Notes under the pieces: model-generated
What the model was told of the DNA's origin: nothing
Database searches by the model: none
What the model saw: the letters and a program-made list of their open reading frames with translations, nothing else
From: Alphaproteobacteria bacterium
GTDB lineage: Bacteria > Pseudomonadota > Alphaproteobacteria > UBA828
Assembly: GCA_965221125.1 (NCBI GenBank)
Contig: CBDCRW010000004.1
Location: forward strand, 1,056,776 to 1,120,775
Direction of reading: 5' to 3'
DNA length: 64,000 bases
Part shown: one piece after another, positions 1 to 10,062 of the stretch
How positions within the stretch are numbered: the stretch's first letter is position 1
Layout: each line of letters starts with the position of its first letter
Made by a program: the position numbers and the translations under genes

Positions 1-401
1 GGCACCTCGCCAACCGGACGCACCTGGTGCTGGTGAGAGGGTTCCCGGATCCCGTCACGCAGCTCGACATCATGCAGCAGACCGACGCCCGCGTGCTGCT
101 CTACGAACCGACGCTGTCCAGCCTGAGTGCTGCGGTTCGATGCCTGGCCCTTCTTGGTACGAGCCACCCCGCGACCTTGGTGCAAAGCCTGCCGAGGATG
201 CCGCGAAGCGCGTTGTCGCCGGCGCATATCCGCTATGCGTTGGGCGACCGCAAACCCGACATCGTGGTGCCCTTCGATTCCGCAATTCACGCGGAAGCCA
301 CCGAGGGCAGGTCGAAGCAGCCCGGACGGGCGTGGCACAACGCCGTGCGGCAAGTGCTGGATCGTATCCTCGAGAGCGCCGCCGTGCCGCAGGGAGATTG
401 A
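1..401 (+). CDS. 3' part of a possible CpaE/TadZ-like (MinD/ParA-family) pilus assembly protein, truncated by the window edge
   Basis: Open frame from the window start to TGA at 399-401. The sequence (VLLYEPTLSSL...PDIVVPFD) resembles CpaE C-termini; the N-terminus is not visible. Confidence 0.4.
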   Translation, partial: HLANRTHLVLVRGFPDPVTQLDIMQQTDARVLLYEPTLSSLSAAVRCLALLGTSHPATLVQSLPRMPRSALSPAHIRYALGDRKPDIVVPFDSAIHAEATEGRSKQPGRAWHNAVRQVLDRILESAAVPQGD

Positions 402-475
402 CGGTGCCGGTCGACAATTGGTTTCTCTCATGCCGCGTTCGCGGAGGCCCGAGAGTCGGAAGCGTAGTGGGCTTG

Positions 476-1150
476 ATGGCGGCATGTCTCCTTTTCCTGA
501 CCGCCGTTCTGTCGGGATCCGCCCATGCGGATGTGTCCGGGCTGGCTCGGGTGATCGACGGCGACACCATCGAGGTGAGTGGTAGCCGCATCCGGCTACA
601 CGGGATCGATGCGCCGGAAAGCGAACAGCTCTGTTGCGTCGGCGGCACGGCCCGGAAGTGCGGCAGGCAGGCAACGCGTGCACTGAGAGATCGGATCGGC
701 GGCGGCCTCGTGGACTGCGAGGAGAGGGATCGGGACCGCTACGGCCGCCTCGTGGCGCTCTGCCGCGTCGGCGGCGGTGACCTGGGAGCCTGGCTGGTCA
801 TCCAAGGGTGGGCGCTGGCCTATCGCCAGTATTCGGACGCCTACGTGAGCGAAGAGGCATCGGCAAGAGAGTCCCGGAGGGGTCTCTGGCACGGCGAGTT
901 CGTCGCGCCCTGGGACTGGCGCGCGGGGGAGCGCCTGCTCTCGACATGTCAGGTCAGGCCCCGAAAGGAAGATCACACTCCCGGCAACTGCCTCATCAAG
1001 GGGAATATCGCCCGCGACGGAGAGCGCATCTACCACCTTCCGGGCGGGCAATACTACGAGCGGACCCGGATCGATTCAGCAAGGGGCGAACGCTGGTTCT
1101 GCACCGAGGCCGAGGCTGAGGCGGCAGGGTGGAGGAGATCGCGCCGGTGA
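476..1150 (+). CDS. Secreted thermonuclease (SNase-like) with ExoI-type C-terminal domain
   Basis: Signal peptide, RVIDGDTI, IRLHGIDAPE, DRDRYGR and RGLW motifs, then a CLIKGNI...IYHLPG...YY...ERWFCTE tail. Alternative TTG start at 398. Confidence 0.9.
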   Translation: MAACLLFLTAVLSGSAHADVSGLARVIDGDTIEVSGSRIRLHGIDAPESEQLCCVGGTARKCGRQATRALRDRIGGGLVDCEERDRDRYGRLVALCRVGGGDLGAWLVIQGWALAYRQYSDAYVSEEASARESRRGLWHGEFVAPWDWRAGERLLSTCQVRPRKEDHTPGNCLIKGNIARDGERIYHLPGGQYYERTRIDSARGERWFCTEAEAEAAGWRRSRR

Positions 1151-1891
1151 ACGACCGTCCTGCCGCGCAGATATTGTCCGCCCGGTCCGGCTGGAGCGAG
1201 GAGAAGCGGTCCGCCTCGTCCATGGCGTATCTCCGGCTCCCAGCGAAGACATGCACACCAGGCGTGCCCCTGGCCGGCGGCCGGCGCTTCCTGTGCGCCA
1301 GTATCGCACCGGTGGCGAAGTCCGGCACTCGACGCTCCTACAATCCCGGATCGGCAAGGACGTTTCTCTCTGCTTCTCCGGCACCGTGAAGAACAGAATG
1401 AACAACGCATACGAGACCTGCCTCTCCATGAATGCCTCACCGGGCACCATCGCCGGAGCGCTCCGGGAGCGAGAAATTTGCCGACCTACAGGCGAGGTAC
1501 TCGCACATACCCGGGCCTCGCCGCCAAGTCCGCCCGCGCCGGCTAACCCCTTCCGGCTTGTCGGGCGTGCCGCGCTGCCGTGGCACGAAATGAGAGAGGG
1601 ACGTGAACGGCCGAGCAAGAAGGAGTTCGAGGCTGCACTTCCTTGCAGCTGTGCACGGATTCTTGTCCCCAACGCCGGCGGTGCCGGACGGAAGCCGGGC
1701 AGATGCGGGCGCCGAAGACCATGCACATCGGGCTCGAAACCGCCCGAGGTCGCAGATAGGCCCCCGGCGACCGGACGACCCGGTCGCCGGCTACTCGACT
1801 GCAACGGCAAACGCTGGCGAGGCCAGGGCCACCAGTGCCGTTGCAGCCGGATTATCTCGAACAACAAACGCGCGCTGAGGAACCTTCGATC

Positions 1892-2243
1892 CATGAGCAG
1901 ACGCAGCCTTGAGCGCAATCCGGCCGCGCTGACGGCCGCCCGACACCTCAGGGAGTTCGGCTTTACGGGCTGGCATCTGAGGCAGCGCAAGCAAGACCCC
2001 CGCCCCCCCGATGCCGTGGTGGACGGCGCGGACCGCGTGGAGCGGCAGTTGGTCCAGGCCGACCACCACGCCGCCGAACAGTTCCCGCACCGGGACGATT
2101 CCGCCGTGTTCCTGCTGATGGGCCGGCCTCGCCCCGAAGCCGGAGACGGACTGATAGCGCTCACTCGCTACTGGCTCATCGAGGAGGTCAACGTCATGCA
2201 CCAGGACAGGGAAGAGGCGATTTATGCCGTGTTCTGCACATGA
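1892..2243 (+). CDS. Small hypothetical protein or gene remnant
   Basis: The 3' part of ORF 1251..2243 has GC3-rich, coding-like codons. No family recognised and the start is uncertain. Confidence 0.3.
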
Positions 2244-2310
2244 GGCGACAGACAACCATTCTTCTGGAAGACCGTGGAACGCCCGAGCGCGCCGCCTGTC
2301 TATTACCGGA

Positions 2311-3006
2311 ATGGGAGTGAGTGTCGTGAGAGTGTCGGGAAGAGTGCTGTTGCCAGTCGTGGTTCTACTGTTTACTGCCGGCGCCGTACTCGCTCAGGAC
2401 AATCAAGACAGCGTGCCGCGCCTCTATCTCTCGGCGAGCGGTGCTCTGGTCATGCCGGCTGACGTTCACGCCGACTTCCACGACGCTTCGGGGAGCCCGA
2501 ATGGAGGAATGGATGGGGCATTCGACAGGGGCCCTGGTCTCGTTCTCGTCATGGGCTACGGCCAGAAGTGGGGGGTCCGGGGCGAGTTGGAGATCGGGTA
2601 CCGGACCTTCGCGATCGACAGGATATCGAACTTTCGGCTGGGTGGCGTTGCCGATCCCGGCCCCTATCGAGCGATCGGCGACGTGACGTCATACTCGGTC
2701 ATGGGGAATGTCGTGTCGTCGCTGGATTTGGGTCCTCTCAACTTGTACGTCGGCGGCGGCATCGGCATGGCCCGCGTCGACGCCGGTATGCGCTCCATTG
2801 CACGTGTGTCGTTCGACGAAGCCGATGGCCGGGACAGCGTATTTGCCTGGCAGCTGTTCACTGGCCTCCAGTACCACCTGTCCCAGGACTTCTCCGCGTC
2901 GCTGGGCTATCGCTATTTCGCGACCGAAGACGCGAGATTCGGCAGCACCTCCGCACCCATAGAGGCTCACAACGTCGAAGTGGGCATTACCCACTGGCTG
3001 GACTGA
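2311..3006 (+). CDS. Outer-membrane beta-barrel protein (opacity/OmpA-like barrel)
   Basis: Signal peptide (AVLA-Q), amphipathic strands RGELEIGYR, YVGGGIGMA, FAWQLFTGLQY and LGYRYF, and a terminal aromatic strand. Confidence 0.85.
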   Translation: MGVSVVRVSGRVLLPVVVLLFTAGAVLAQDNQDSVPRLYLSASGALVMPADVHADFHDASGSPNGGMDGAFDRGPGLVLVMGYGQKWGVRGELEIGYRTFAIDRISNFRLGGVADPGPYRAIGDVTSYSVMGNVVSSLDLGPLNLYVGGGIGMARVDAGMRSIARVSFDEADGRDSVFAWQLFTGLQYHLSQDFSASLGYRYFATEDARFGSTSAPIEAHNVEVGITHWLD

Positions 3007-3049
3007 GGATCCCGGAAACCTTTATTTCCGGTCTGCGAGGGGCAACATA

Positions 3050-4261
3050 TTGCAGCAGCAAACGAAAGCAACGGTTCGCGCGACGAGGCTGTGCGGGATC
3101 GTCGCTGCGGCCACCGTCGTCTGGCTCTGCGCACTTTCGCTCGCAGTCGAGGCTGCTGCGCCGTCGGTGGAGGATGTGCGCGTGGATCGGTACGGCGACG
3201 GGACGCGGCTCGTCGTGGAACTGACCGGAGCGGTTGACTTTCAGGTCTTCGCTCTGGCCGGGCCGGAGCGGCTGGTGATCGATCTGTCGCCGGTGCGCTG
3301 GGTACTGCCGGATCGCACTCTCACCATCGGCCGTGACGGCGTGGCTCAGATCCGGTTCGGCCAATTCCGGCCCGATACCTCGCGCATCGTGATCGACCTG
3401 GACCTGCCGCTCATCCTGGGCAGTGCGCAGTGGCTTGAAGCCGACGCAGTCTCCAGGAACCCCTACCGCCTGATCCTCGATCTCGCTCCCGTACCCGCGT
3501 CGGCGTTTCTCGCCACCGTCCGCGTTCAGCCATCGGATCCTGCGCCGCTGCCAAGGTTGAAGCCGCTGCCGCCATCCCTCGTCCGCCTCATCGCCCTCGA
3601 CCCCGGCCATGGAGGGCGCGATCCCGGGGCGGTCTCGTCGGGTGGTGTACAGGAGAAAGTTATCGTCCTGACCTTTGCGCGTGAGCTTCGCGACGTTCTC
3701 CAGGAAACCGGTCGCTATCGCGTGGCAATGACCCGGGACAGCGACCGCAAGGTCGGGCTCTGGCAGCGCGTGGCATTCGCCCGCAATTCCGGCGCGGACG
3801 TCCTCCTCTCAATTCACGTAGACCGCGTGCATGACCGCCGGGTGCGCGGAGCCTCGGTCTACACCCTGTCCGAGGAGGCCTCCGACGCCGAGACAGCCGA
3901 GCTCGCCAGGTTCGAGAACAAAGCTGACATCGCCGCCGGTATCGAGGCGCCGGAGCAGCTTGATCCCGATGTCGCTGCGGTTCTTGCTTCGATGGAGCAG
4001 CAGGGAACCATGAACTGTTCCGTTGTACTTGCAGGACTGCTGGTCCCCGCGCTCGGCGATGTGGCTCCCCTCGTCAACCGCTCCCACCGAATGGCGGAGT
4101 TCCGCGTGCTCAAGGCACCGGATGTCCCGTCGGTCCTGATCGAGCTCGGCTTCTTGTCCAACGAGCAGGATGCCGAACGCCTGAAGAGCGTCAATCACAG
4201 GAGGGCGCTGGCCGTAGCGATCCTCAAGGCTGTCGACGAGTATTTCCTGGAACCTTGCTGA
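3050..4261 (+). CDS. amiC: N-acetylmuramoyl-L-alanine amidase (AMIN + Amidase_3, AmiC-like)
   Basis: AMIN motifs (PERLVIDL, RIVIDL) and zinc-ligand motifs DPGHGG, QEK, SIHVD and VLIELGF. Confidence 0.92.
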   Translation: MQQQTKATVRATRLCGIVAAATVVWLCALSLAVEAAAPSVEDVRVDRYGDGTRLVVELTGAVDFQVFALAGPERLVIDLSPVRWVLPDRTLTIGRDGVAQIRFGQFRPDTSRIVIDLDLPLILGSAQWLEADAVSRNPYRLILDLAPVPASAFLATVRVQPSDPAPLPRLKPLPPSLVRLIALDPGHGGRDPGAVSSGGVQEKVIVLTFARELRDVLQETGRYRVAMTRDSDRKVGLWQRVAFARNSGADVLLSIHVDRVHDRRVRGASVYTLSEEASDAETAELARFENKADIAAGIEAPEQLDPDVAAVLASMEQQGTMNCSVVLAGLLVPALGDVAPLVNRSHRMAEFRVLKAPDVPSVLIELGFLSNEQDAERLKSVNHRRALAVAILKAVDEYFLEPC

Positions 4262-4942
4262 GCGTGCGCCATTGAGACCGGTCGAATTTCTCCGCCTCAT
4301 CGTGCCAGCCCTCGCTGGAAGGAACCTGCCATGCTGCGAACCACAACAGTCCGCCGGCGAGACGACGAGCCTCGGCGCGATGACACCCCTGGCGAGCGAG
4401 CCCGTTCGCTCCAAACGGCTTCGGTCGACGGTGCCGGGCACGTGTTTCACGTTCCGAACCCGCTGGTGCCAGATCGCGCCGCCAGTCTCGCTCTACGGTG
4501 CCGAAGTTCGCAATACTACGACGTTTCCATCTTCAGGAAACGCTGCAGCGTACGCACTTCTTCTTGCATGCATAGCTCAATAGCGCTAACGTATATTGGC
4601 TGTAAAATCAGCATTGGACTGAGACATTCCTGCGATTTGGTAGAAGCAAATACTCGCGACACTGTATCAATCAGTCGATCAAGATGAGTGGAGTCGAGTG
4701 TGGTAGTCTTGGGCGCTATACACGGAAGTATAAGGTTGGGGCGTGTCGAAGAGAGCGCCGGCTACGTTCATCTCTCGGCCAAAAGAACTGGGAAGGAGTT
4801 GGGCGATTTATGCATTTCCCGGATACGCGGTTGCACCGCGGTAACGGCATCATCCCTTGACGCGGTGTGTCATGACTCTTTCGAATGAAAGGTCAAGTTT
4901 TCATCCAATGACTGGTTACGACAAGTCCATAGGTGCGGATCG

Positions 4943-6040
4943 ATGAGCGGGGATCGAATGCCGGGATACGCCAGACCCAGAGAGCCGATTCCGGCTGCGG
5001 CATCGCACAGCGAGCCGCGGTCCTCCCTGGCATGGCTGCGTGGTGCCGGTTTCGACAGCGCACTCATATTCGGTGGAATCTCTCTCGCGCTGCTCTGTGG
5101 AGCCGCGATCCTTTACGAGCCGTCCTGGTTCTACCCGATCCTGGTGGTCGATCTCTGGGTGCTGGGATATCACCACGTGATCTCCACCTACACGAGGCTC
5201 TGCTTCGACAGGGCGAGCTTCCGTGAGCACCGGTGGATGATCGCCTACCTCGTCCCGGTCATTGCCGCAGTCACCGTTTTGCTTGCCTGGACGGTCGGGA
5301 TCTGGGCCATCGTAACGATCTATTTCTATTGGCAATGGTGGCACTACACGCGGCAGAGCTGGGGAATTTCACGCGCCTATCGCCGGACGGATCCAAACAG
5401 TCTCTACGAGGACGGATGGCTCGACCAGGCGATCTTCTTCGCGATGCCGGTCTACGGAATCCTGCTTCGCTCCAGCCAGGATCACGAGCATTTCATCGGC
5501 ATGGAACTCTGGACGTTTCCGGTCCCGGAGTCGGTCGCCAGTACCGCGGGCTACGTCATGGGGGCGCTGCTTCTGGTTTGGGCTGGACGGCGTCTGGTGG
5601 CCCTGTGGCGCGGACGCCTTGCCACCGTCCACACGCTCTACATGCTGACTCACTTCGCGATCTTCGGCCTCGGATACGTCTGGATATCCGACATCACTCT
5701 GGGATGGCTGATGATCAACATCTGGCACAACTACCAGTACATCCTCTTTGTCTGGATGTTCAACAACAAGCGTTTTGCACGAGGGCGGGATCCGAATGCG
5801 CGTTTTCTGTCGTATATCAGCCAGAGTGGACGGTTGTGGCTGTACTTGCTGGTATGTCTTGCTATCACCGGTGCCTTCTATTGGGGGGTACTGCGGACCA
5901 TAGACTGGTTGCTCTTCGCGGGGTTCTCGGCGACGATCGTTCTGTATCAGATCATCAACTTCCATCACTACGTGGTGGACGCGCTGATCTGGACAAAGCG
6001 CGGGCGCGGTACGTCAAGCGCCTCGGCAACCGCCAGTTGA
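4943..6040 (+). CDS. Polytopic membrane protein with His boxes (possible membrane di-metal oxidoreductase or hydroxylase)
   Basis: About 8-9 hydrophobic segments with motifs GYHHVISTY, WWHYTRQSWG, WHNYQY and FHHYVVD. Confidence 0.6.
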   Translation: MSGDRMPGYARPREPIPAAASHSEPRSSLAWLRGAGFDSALIFGGISLALLCGAAILYEPSWFYPILVVDLWVLGYHHVISTYTRLCFDRASFREHRWMIAYLVPVIAAVTVLLAWTVGIWAIVTIYFYWQWWHYTRQSWGISRAYRRTDPNSLYEDGWLDQAIFFAMPVYGILLRSSQDHEHFIGMELWTFPVPESVASTAGYVMGALLLVWAGRRLVALWRGRLATVHTLYMLTHFAIFGLGYVWISDITLGWLMINIWHNYQYILFVWMFNNKRFARGRDPNARFLSYISQSGRLWLYLLVCLAITGAFYWGVLRTIDWLLFAGFSATIVLYQIINFHHYVVDALIWTKRGRGTSSASATAS

Positions 6041-6272
6041 AAAGAAGCCACCGCAAGAGAAGATGCACGTGCGATGAAGGATCTTCTATCGAACATTACA
6101 GTCGAGCAATGCGCCTATGTTTACTGCTCGATCAGCCCCGAATCGCTTGAATGAAAGTCCTTTCGTAAAGCCGCCGCACGAGTGCATGAAGCCGGCCGCT
6201 GCCCGGGACCGCTGCTTCGGTCGGAGGCCACAACAAGAGAGTCGATTATGGAACGGAGAGTCGCAGACAGTG

Positions 6273-7148
6273 ATGCGTGATTGTATTTCCTCCCGACGCG
6301 CAACGGACGTAATTCTCGCGCCCGCGACGGCTCGATTCGTCTGTTGCGCGAGCACCGGCCGCACCGCGACGATGTTTCTGGCGGAGTGCCTTGACCGACT
6401 GCCGGACGTGGTGGGGCTGCACGAGGGCCATCAGCTGGGTGCCGGGCGAGTTCCGCGACTGCCCCTGATCAATGTTCACAACCGCAAGGCTTGGCACGAC
6501 CCGGACTACGCCGACCGGCTCGTCGCTGAGAAGCGCGACTTGGCTGCCCTCAGCGCCGCCGCTGACGGAGCGCGACTGATTGTCGACGCGGCCTTCTACA
6601 ATGCGCCCCTGGTCGAGGCGATTGCCAGACGCCACCCGGACGCCTTGCTGTTCGTGATCTTCCGCCGCTGCGAGGGGTTCGTTCGATCGGCGACGATCGT
6701 GAGGGGCGAGGACCTGCAGCCGGCAGGTTGGCCGGATCTGTCCAAGCCGCTCACAAACCGCGAAAAGTTTATCTCGCTCGGCAGGCTCAAGCCGGAGTTA
6801 ACTCACAGGGATCACGCGTCATGGTCGGCATGGTCCGCCATCCAGCGCAACACCTGGCTCTGGACGGCAGTCAATGGACACCTTCACCGGTTCGCTCGCG
6901 ACAACGCGAATTGCCATCGGTTCTTCTTCGAGGACCTGGTCGAAAGACCGGAGAAATTCTGGACAGACTTGCTGCAGCAGATGGAGGTTCTCTCCCCTGC
7001 AACGCTTTCCCGATGCCTTGAGTTTTCGGGATCGAAGATCAATCAGCGCCAGTCCTACCAGATCGGCCGCGTCGCAAGCTGGAGTGCGGCGGAACGGGCA
7101 TTCTACGCGGAACGAGCACGCCCCCTGGAGGACGAAATCTATGGCTGA
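6273..7148 (+). CDS. Sulfotransferase-family protein
   Basis: PAPS-binding-loop-like STGRTATMFL, HE motif, R..FVRS and FFEDL. GGAGAG RBS upstream; overlaps the ACP start. Confidence 0.7.
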   Translation: MRDCISSRRATDVILAPATARFVCCASTGRTATMFLAECLDRLPDVVGLHEGHQLGAGRVPRLPLINVHNRKAWHDPDYADRLVAEKRDLAALSAAADGARLIVDAAFYNAPLVEAIARRHPDALLFVIFRRCEGFVRSATIVRGEDLQPAGWPDLSKPLTNREKFISLGRLKPELTHRDHASWSAWSAIQRNTWLWTAVNGHLHRFARDNANCHRFFFEDLVERPEKFWTDLLQQMEVLSPATLSRCLEFSGSKINQRQSYQIGRVASWSAAERAFYAERARPLEDEIYG

Positions 7149-7392
7149 CTCACTGGAGGCGCGCATTATCGAAATCATCCAGTCGACATTGCGTCATGAG
7201 AGCGGCAATGCGGAACTGACCCTTGGTCCTTCAGCCTCGATGGAGACGGTCGGCGAATGGGATTCTCTCTCTTTCATGAGCGTCTTTTGCGCGGTCAACA
7301 AGGCCTTCGATATCGATCCCGATTTCGATGACGCGGTGCACTACATATCGGTCGCATCTCTTCATCGTTATCTGGAAGCAGTGACCGTCTGA
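7141..7392 (+). CDS. Carrier protein (ACP/DltC-like)
   Basis: 83-aa acidic protein with WDSL phosphopantetheine-Ser motif; TGATG overlap with the next gene. Confidence 0.88.
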   Translation: MADSLEARIIEIIQSTLRHESGNAELTLGPSASMETVGEWDSLSFMSVFCAVNKAFDIDPDFDDAVHYISVASLHRYLEAVTV

Positions 7393-8918
7393 TGTCCGGT
7401 CAAGGCGGTCGCAAGGCACTCCTCGCGCGGATGCAGATAACTATCGACCGCTACGCCCAGCGAACCGCCGTTCGTGCGCCCGGAGAAAGCCTGAGCTACG
7501 GCGATTTCTCCCGGATGGTCGGGAGGCTCTGCCTCGAACTGCGGAACCCGAAGCGCGCGCAGGACGGCCCCGTCGGATTGCTGCTGGATCGCTCGGCGAC
7601 GGCCTATGCCGCCATGTGGGCTGCCATCGCTCTCGGCCGCCCGTACGTTCCGCTGAACGCCAAGTACCCGCCGAGCCGGCTGCGGAGCATCCTGAGGCAG
7701 GCAGGTGTCGACGTCACGGTGTGCACGCAAGCCAACCGGGGCTTGGCGACCGGCCTTGGCATCGCATCGGACGATACCGTCGTGGCGGACACCGACCTAC
7801 CGGTCGACGAATTGGCGGGCGGTGCAATCGACTGGGGTGTAAGCGACGAAGATCAGGGGATTGCGTACATCCTCTTCACCTCGGGTTCGACGGGCGAGCC
7901 GAAGGGCGTACCCATCTCCTACGACAATCTCGCGAGCTTCATCGAGAATCTGGGCGCAGTCATCGATTACAGACCCGAAGACGTGTGCTCGCAGTTCTGC
8001 GAACTCTCCTTCGATCTCGGCGTGCACGAAATATATCTCTCACTTCTGAACGGATGCACCTTGTGCCCGGCCCGACAAATCGATCTCTTCAACCCCGCTC
8101 CATTTGTGGCGAATAACAGAATTACCGTCTGGGTATCGGTCCCGTCGTTGGCGCGCGTCGTGCTCCAACACCGCGGTGCCGACCACGAGTCTCTCGGCAC
8201 GCTCCGACTGAGCATGTTCAACGGCGAGGCGCTGACCCACCAGCTTGCCAGAGACTGGAACAGGGCGGCGTGCGGCACCGAGATCTGGAACACCTATGGG
8301 CCGACCGAGTGCACTGTCGCCGTCACGGCCCAGCGCTGGGAGGACCATCCCGACCTTTCAGAATCCGGCGTCGTCTCGATCGGGACCGCCTTTCCGGATT
8401 GCACGGCTGCGCTGCTCGTGGACGAAGAAGTCGTCCCCGTTTCTCCTGAACGGAACGGCATCGTCGGCGAGTTGCTGCTGGCGACACCGCAGCGCTTTGA
8501 CGGCTACCTCGATCCGGGCCTGCCCTCACCGTTCATCGCGGACAGCAAGGGCCTGCACTTTTATCGCACGGGCGATCGCGTTCGATCGAGAGGGGGACGG
8601 CTCTACTACCTTGATCGGCTCGATCTTCAGGTAAAGATCGGCGGCCACCGAATCGAACTCCTGGAGATCGAGCATCGGTTGCGAAGGCGACTGGAGTCGG
8701 ACGCGCTCGCCGTCATCGCCCATCCGCCCCGGCGTCCGACCGAGCTGATCCTGTTTCTTGTCGGCGACCGCGAGACACCGAAACTAACCAGCCAGGAACT
8801 GGGCCTTCCCAGCTACATGTTGCCCCAGCGGACCTTCGTGATCGATGCTCTCCCTCTCACAGCACACGGGAAACTCGACCGACACGCCTTGCATGAGCGC
8901 ATCGCACCGAACGCCTGA
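7392..8918 (+). CDS. Stand-alone amino-acid adenylation enzyme (DltA-like)
   Basis: YILFTSGSTGEPKGV, SFDL, NTYGPTE, YRTGD, QVKIGGHRIEL and LPLTAHGKLDR motifs. Confidence 0.9.
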   Translation: MSGQGGRKALLARMQITIDRYAQRTAVRAPGESLSYGDFSRMVGRLCLELRNPKRAQDGPVGLLLDRSATAYAAMWAAIALGRPYVPLNAKYPPSRLRSILRQAGVDVTVCTQANRGLATGLGIASDDTVVADTDLPVDELAGGAIDWGVSDEDQGIAYILFTSGSTGEPKGVPISYDNLASFIENLGAVIDYRPEDVCSQFCELSFDLGVHEIYLSLLNGCTLCPARQIDLFNPAPFVANNRITVWVSVPSLARVVLQHRGADHESLGTLRLSMFNGEALTHQLARDWNRAACGTEIWNTYGPTECTVAVTAQRWEDHPDLSESGVVSIGTAFPDCTAALLVDEEVVPVSPERNGIVGELLLATPQRFDGYLDPGLPSPFIADSKGLHFYRTGDRVRSRGGRLYYLDRLDLQVKIGGHRIELLEIEHRLRRRLESDALAVIAHPPRRPTELILFLVGDRETPKLTSQELGLPSYMLPQRTFVIDALPLTAHGKLDRHALHERIAPNA

Positions 8919-8931
8919 CAGGGCTTCATTC

Positions 8932-10062
8932 ATGTTCCGCGTCGTCCTGTTGGCCGGATGTGCTGCCCTGATCTCAGGTCTTCTCTGGCTCGACGGAAAC
9001 CGGGCCGGGCCGGCGAATTCGATGGGCCGCTGCAACCTGCTGCTCTCCCAAGCGGGCGAACCGGCGGCAGACGTTCTCATAGTCGGCAGCAGCAGGATCG
9101 GGGTGGCTCTTGACCCCGTGGCTATGGAGCACATCCTGAGCGCGGAACTCGGTCGCCGGGTCCGCGTCGACCGTCTGTCTCTCGGCCGCAATCCGCTGAG
9201 GACGATGAGCGGGCTTCTGGAGAACTATCTGGAGGCGCGCGGATCTCCCGCGGTCGTGGCACTCGAAATCATGTTCATGACCGAACGCAGCGTCAACCGC
9301 CTGGCCCAACGCGGCCTCGCGCTTGCCCCGGAAGACTACAACTACTTGAGGGACGTCAACCTTCTCCGCTTTGAGCAACTTCTCAGCCAGCCGTCCATCG
9401 CCATGCCGTTCACGAGAAGTGAGAGTGTTCTCAGTCTTTGGAGCCAACGCCTCAGAGGCGTTGCCCTGCGGTCGGGTGCCCTGATCTACCAGGCGCTTCG
9501 GGATCCGAACCAGGAATGGGAACTCTCCGCCTGCGCGCGCGACGACTGGAGACGCGAGGCTGAGTGGCCATCCGACTTCTCATTCAGTTACGGAGAGTTC
9601 GAACCGGATACCGGCTTGGCGGACCTTGTCCAGGCACTGGAGATGGATGTCGCCCGGCAAGCGGAAGCCCGCGCATTGAAGGACTGGCAGTTCAACAGCC
9701 CCGGCGACATTGTCTATCCATACGATTTGGGGGCTGCCTATAGACGGGGTGAGGTCAATGTCCTCGTGTCGATGATCGAGCGTGTCCTCGAACGGGATGC
9801 CGAAATTGTAGTCCTTCCCTTGCCGCTATTCGGGTACGCACTCGACCGTACGGAATTGCTCGATTTTGTTACGACGCGCTTTGAGCGGCACGTTCATCTC
9901 TTCGACCTCTATGGCGAAATCAGCGCGAATTTCGATCCACTCTGGTACGACGATGCTCATGTCGAACGCTCGCCGGTCGGGGCATTGACCACAGCACTCA
10001 TGGCGCAACGCCTGCTGAAATCGCGAGCGCTGGTCCCGGTACCGTCAGGGCCCGATGATTGA
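8932..10062 (+). CDS. Membrane-anchored SGNH-like protein (DltD/AlgJ-like)
   Basis: N-terminal TM segment, IVGSSR nucleophile block and C-terminal DDAH (DxxH); lies between the DltA-like and MBOAT genes. Confidence 0.7.
   Translation: MFRVVLLAGCAALISGLLWLDGNRAGPANSMGRCNLLLSQAGEPAADVLIVGSSRIGVALDPVAMEHILSAELGRRVRVDRLSLGRNPLRTMSGLLENYLEARGSPAVVALEIMFMTERSVNRLAQRGLALAPEDYNYLRDVNLLRFEQLLSQPSIAMPFTRSESVLSLWSQRLRGVALRSGALIYQALRDPNQEWELSACARDDWRREAEWPSDFSFSYGEFEPDTGLADLVQALEMDVARQAEARALKDWQFNSPGDIVYPYDLGAAYRRGEVNVLVSMIERVLERDAEIVVLPLPLFGYALDRTELLDFVTTRFERHVHLFDLYGEISANFDPLWYDDAHVERSPVGALTTALMAQRLLKSRALVPVPSGPDD

Noticed and set aside
4262-4942. Short ORFs between amiC and the membrane protein
   Set aside because: No recognisable motifs, lower GC and poor coding pattern; more likely regulatory or decayed DNA.
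7392-8918. NRPS cluster
   Set aside because: No condensation or thioesterase domains; the MBOAT, SGNH and DltX-like context indicates an acyl-transfer relay.
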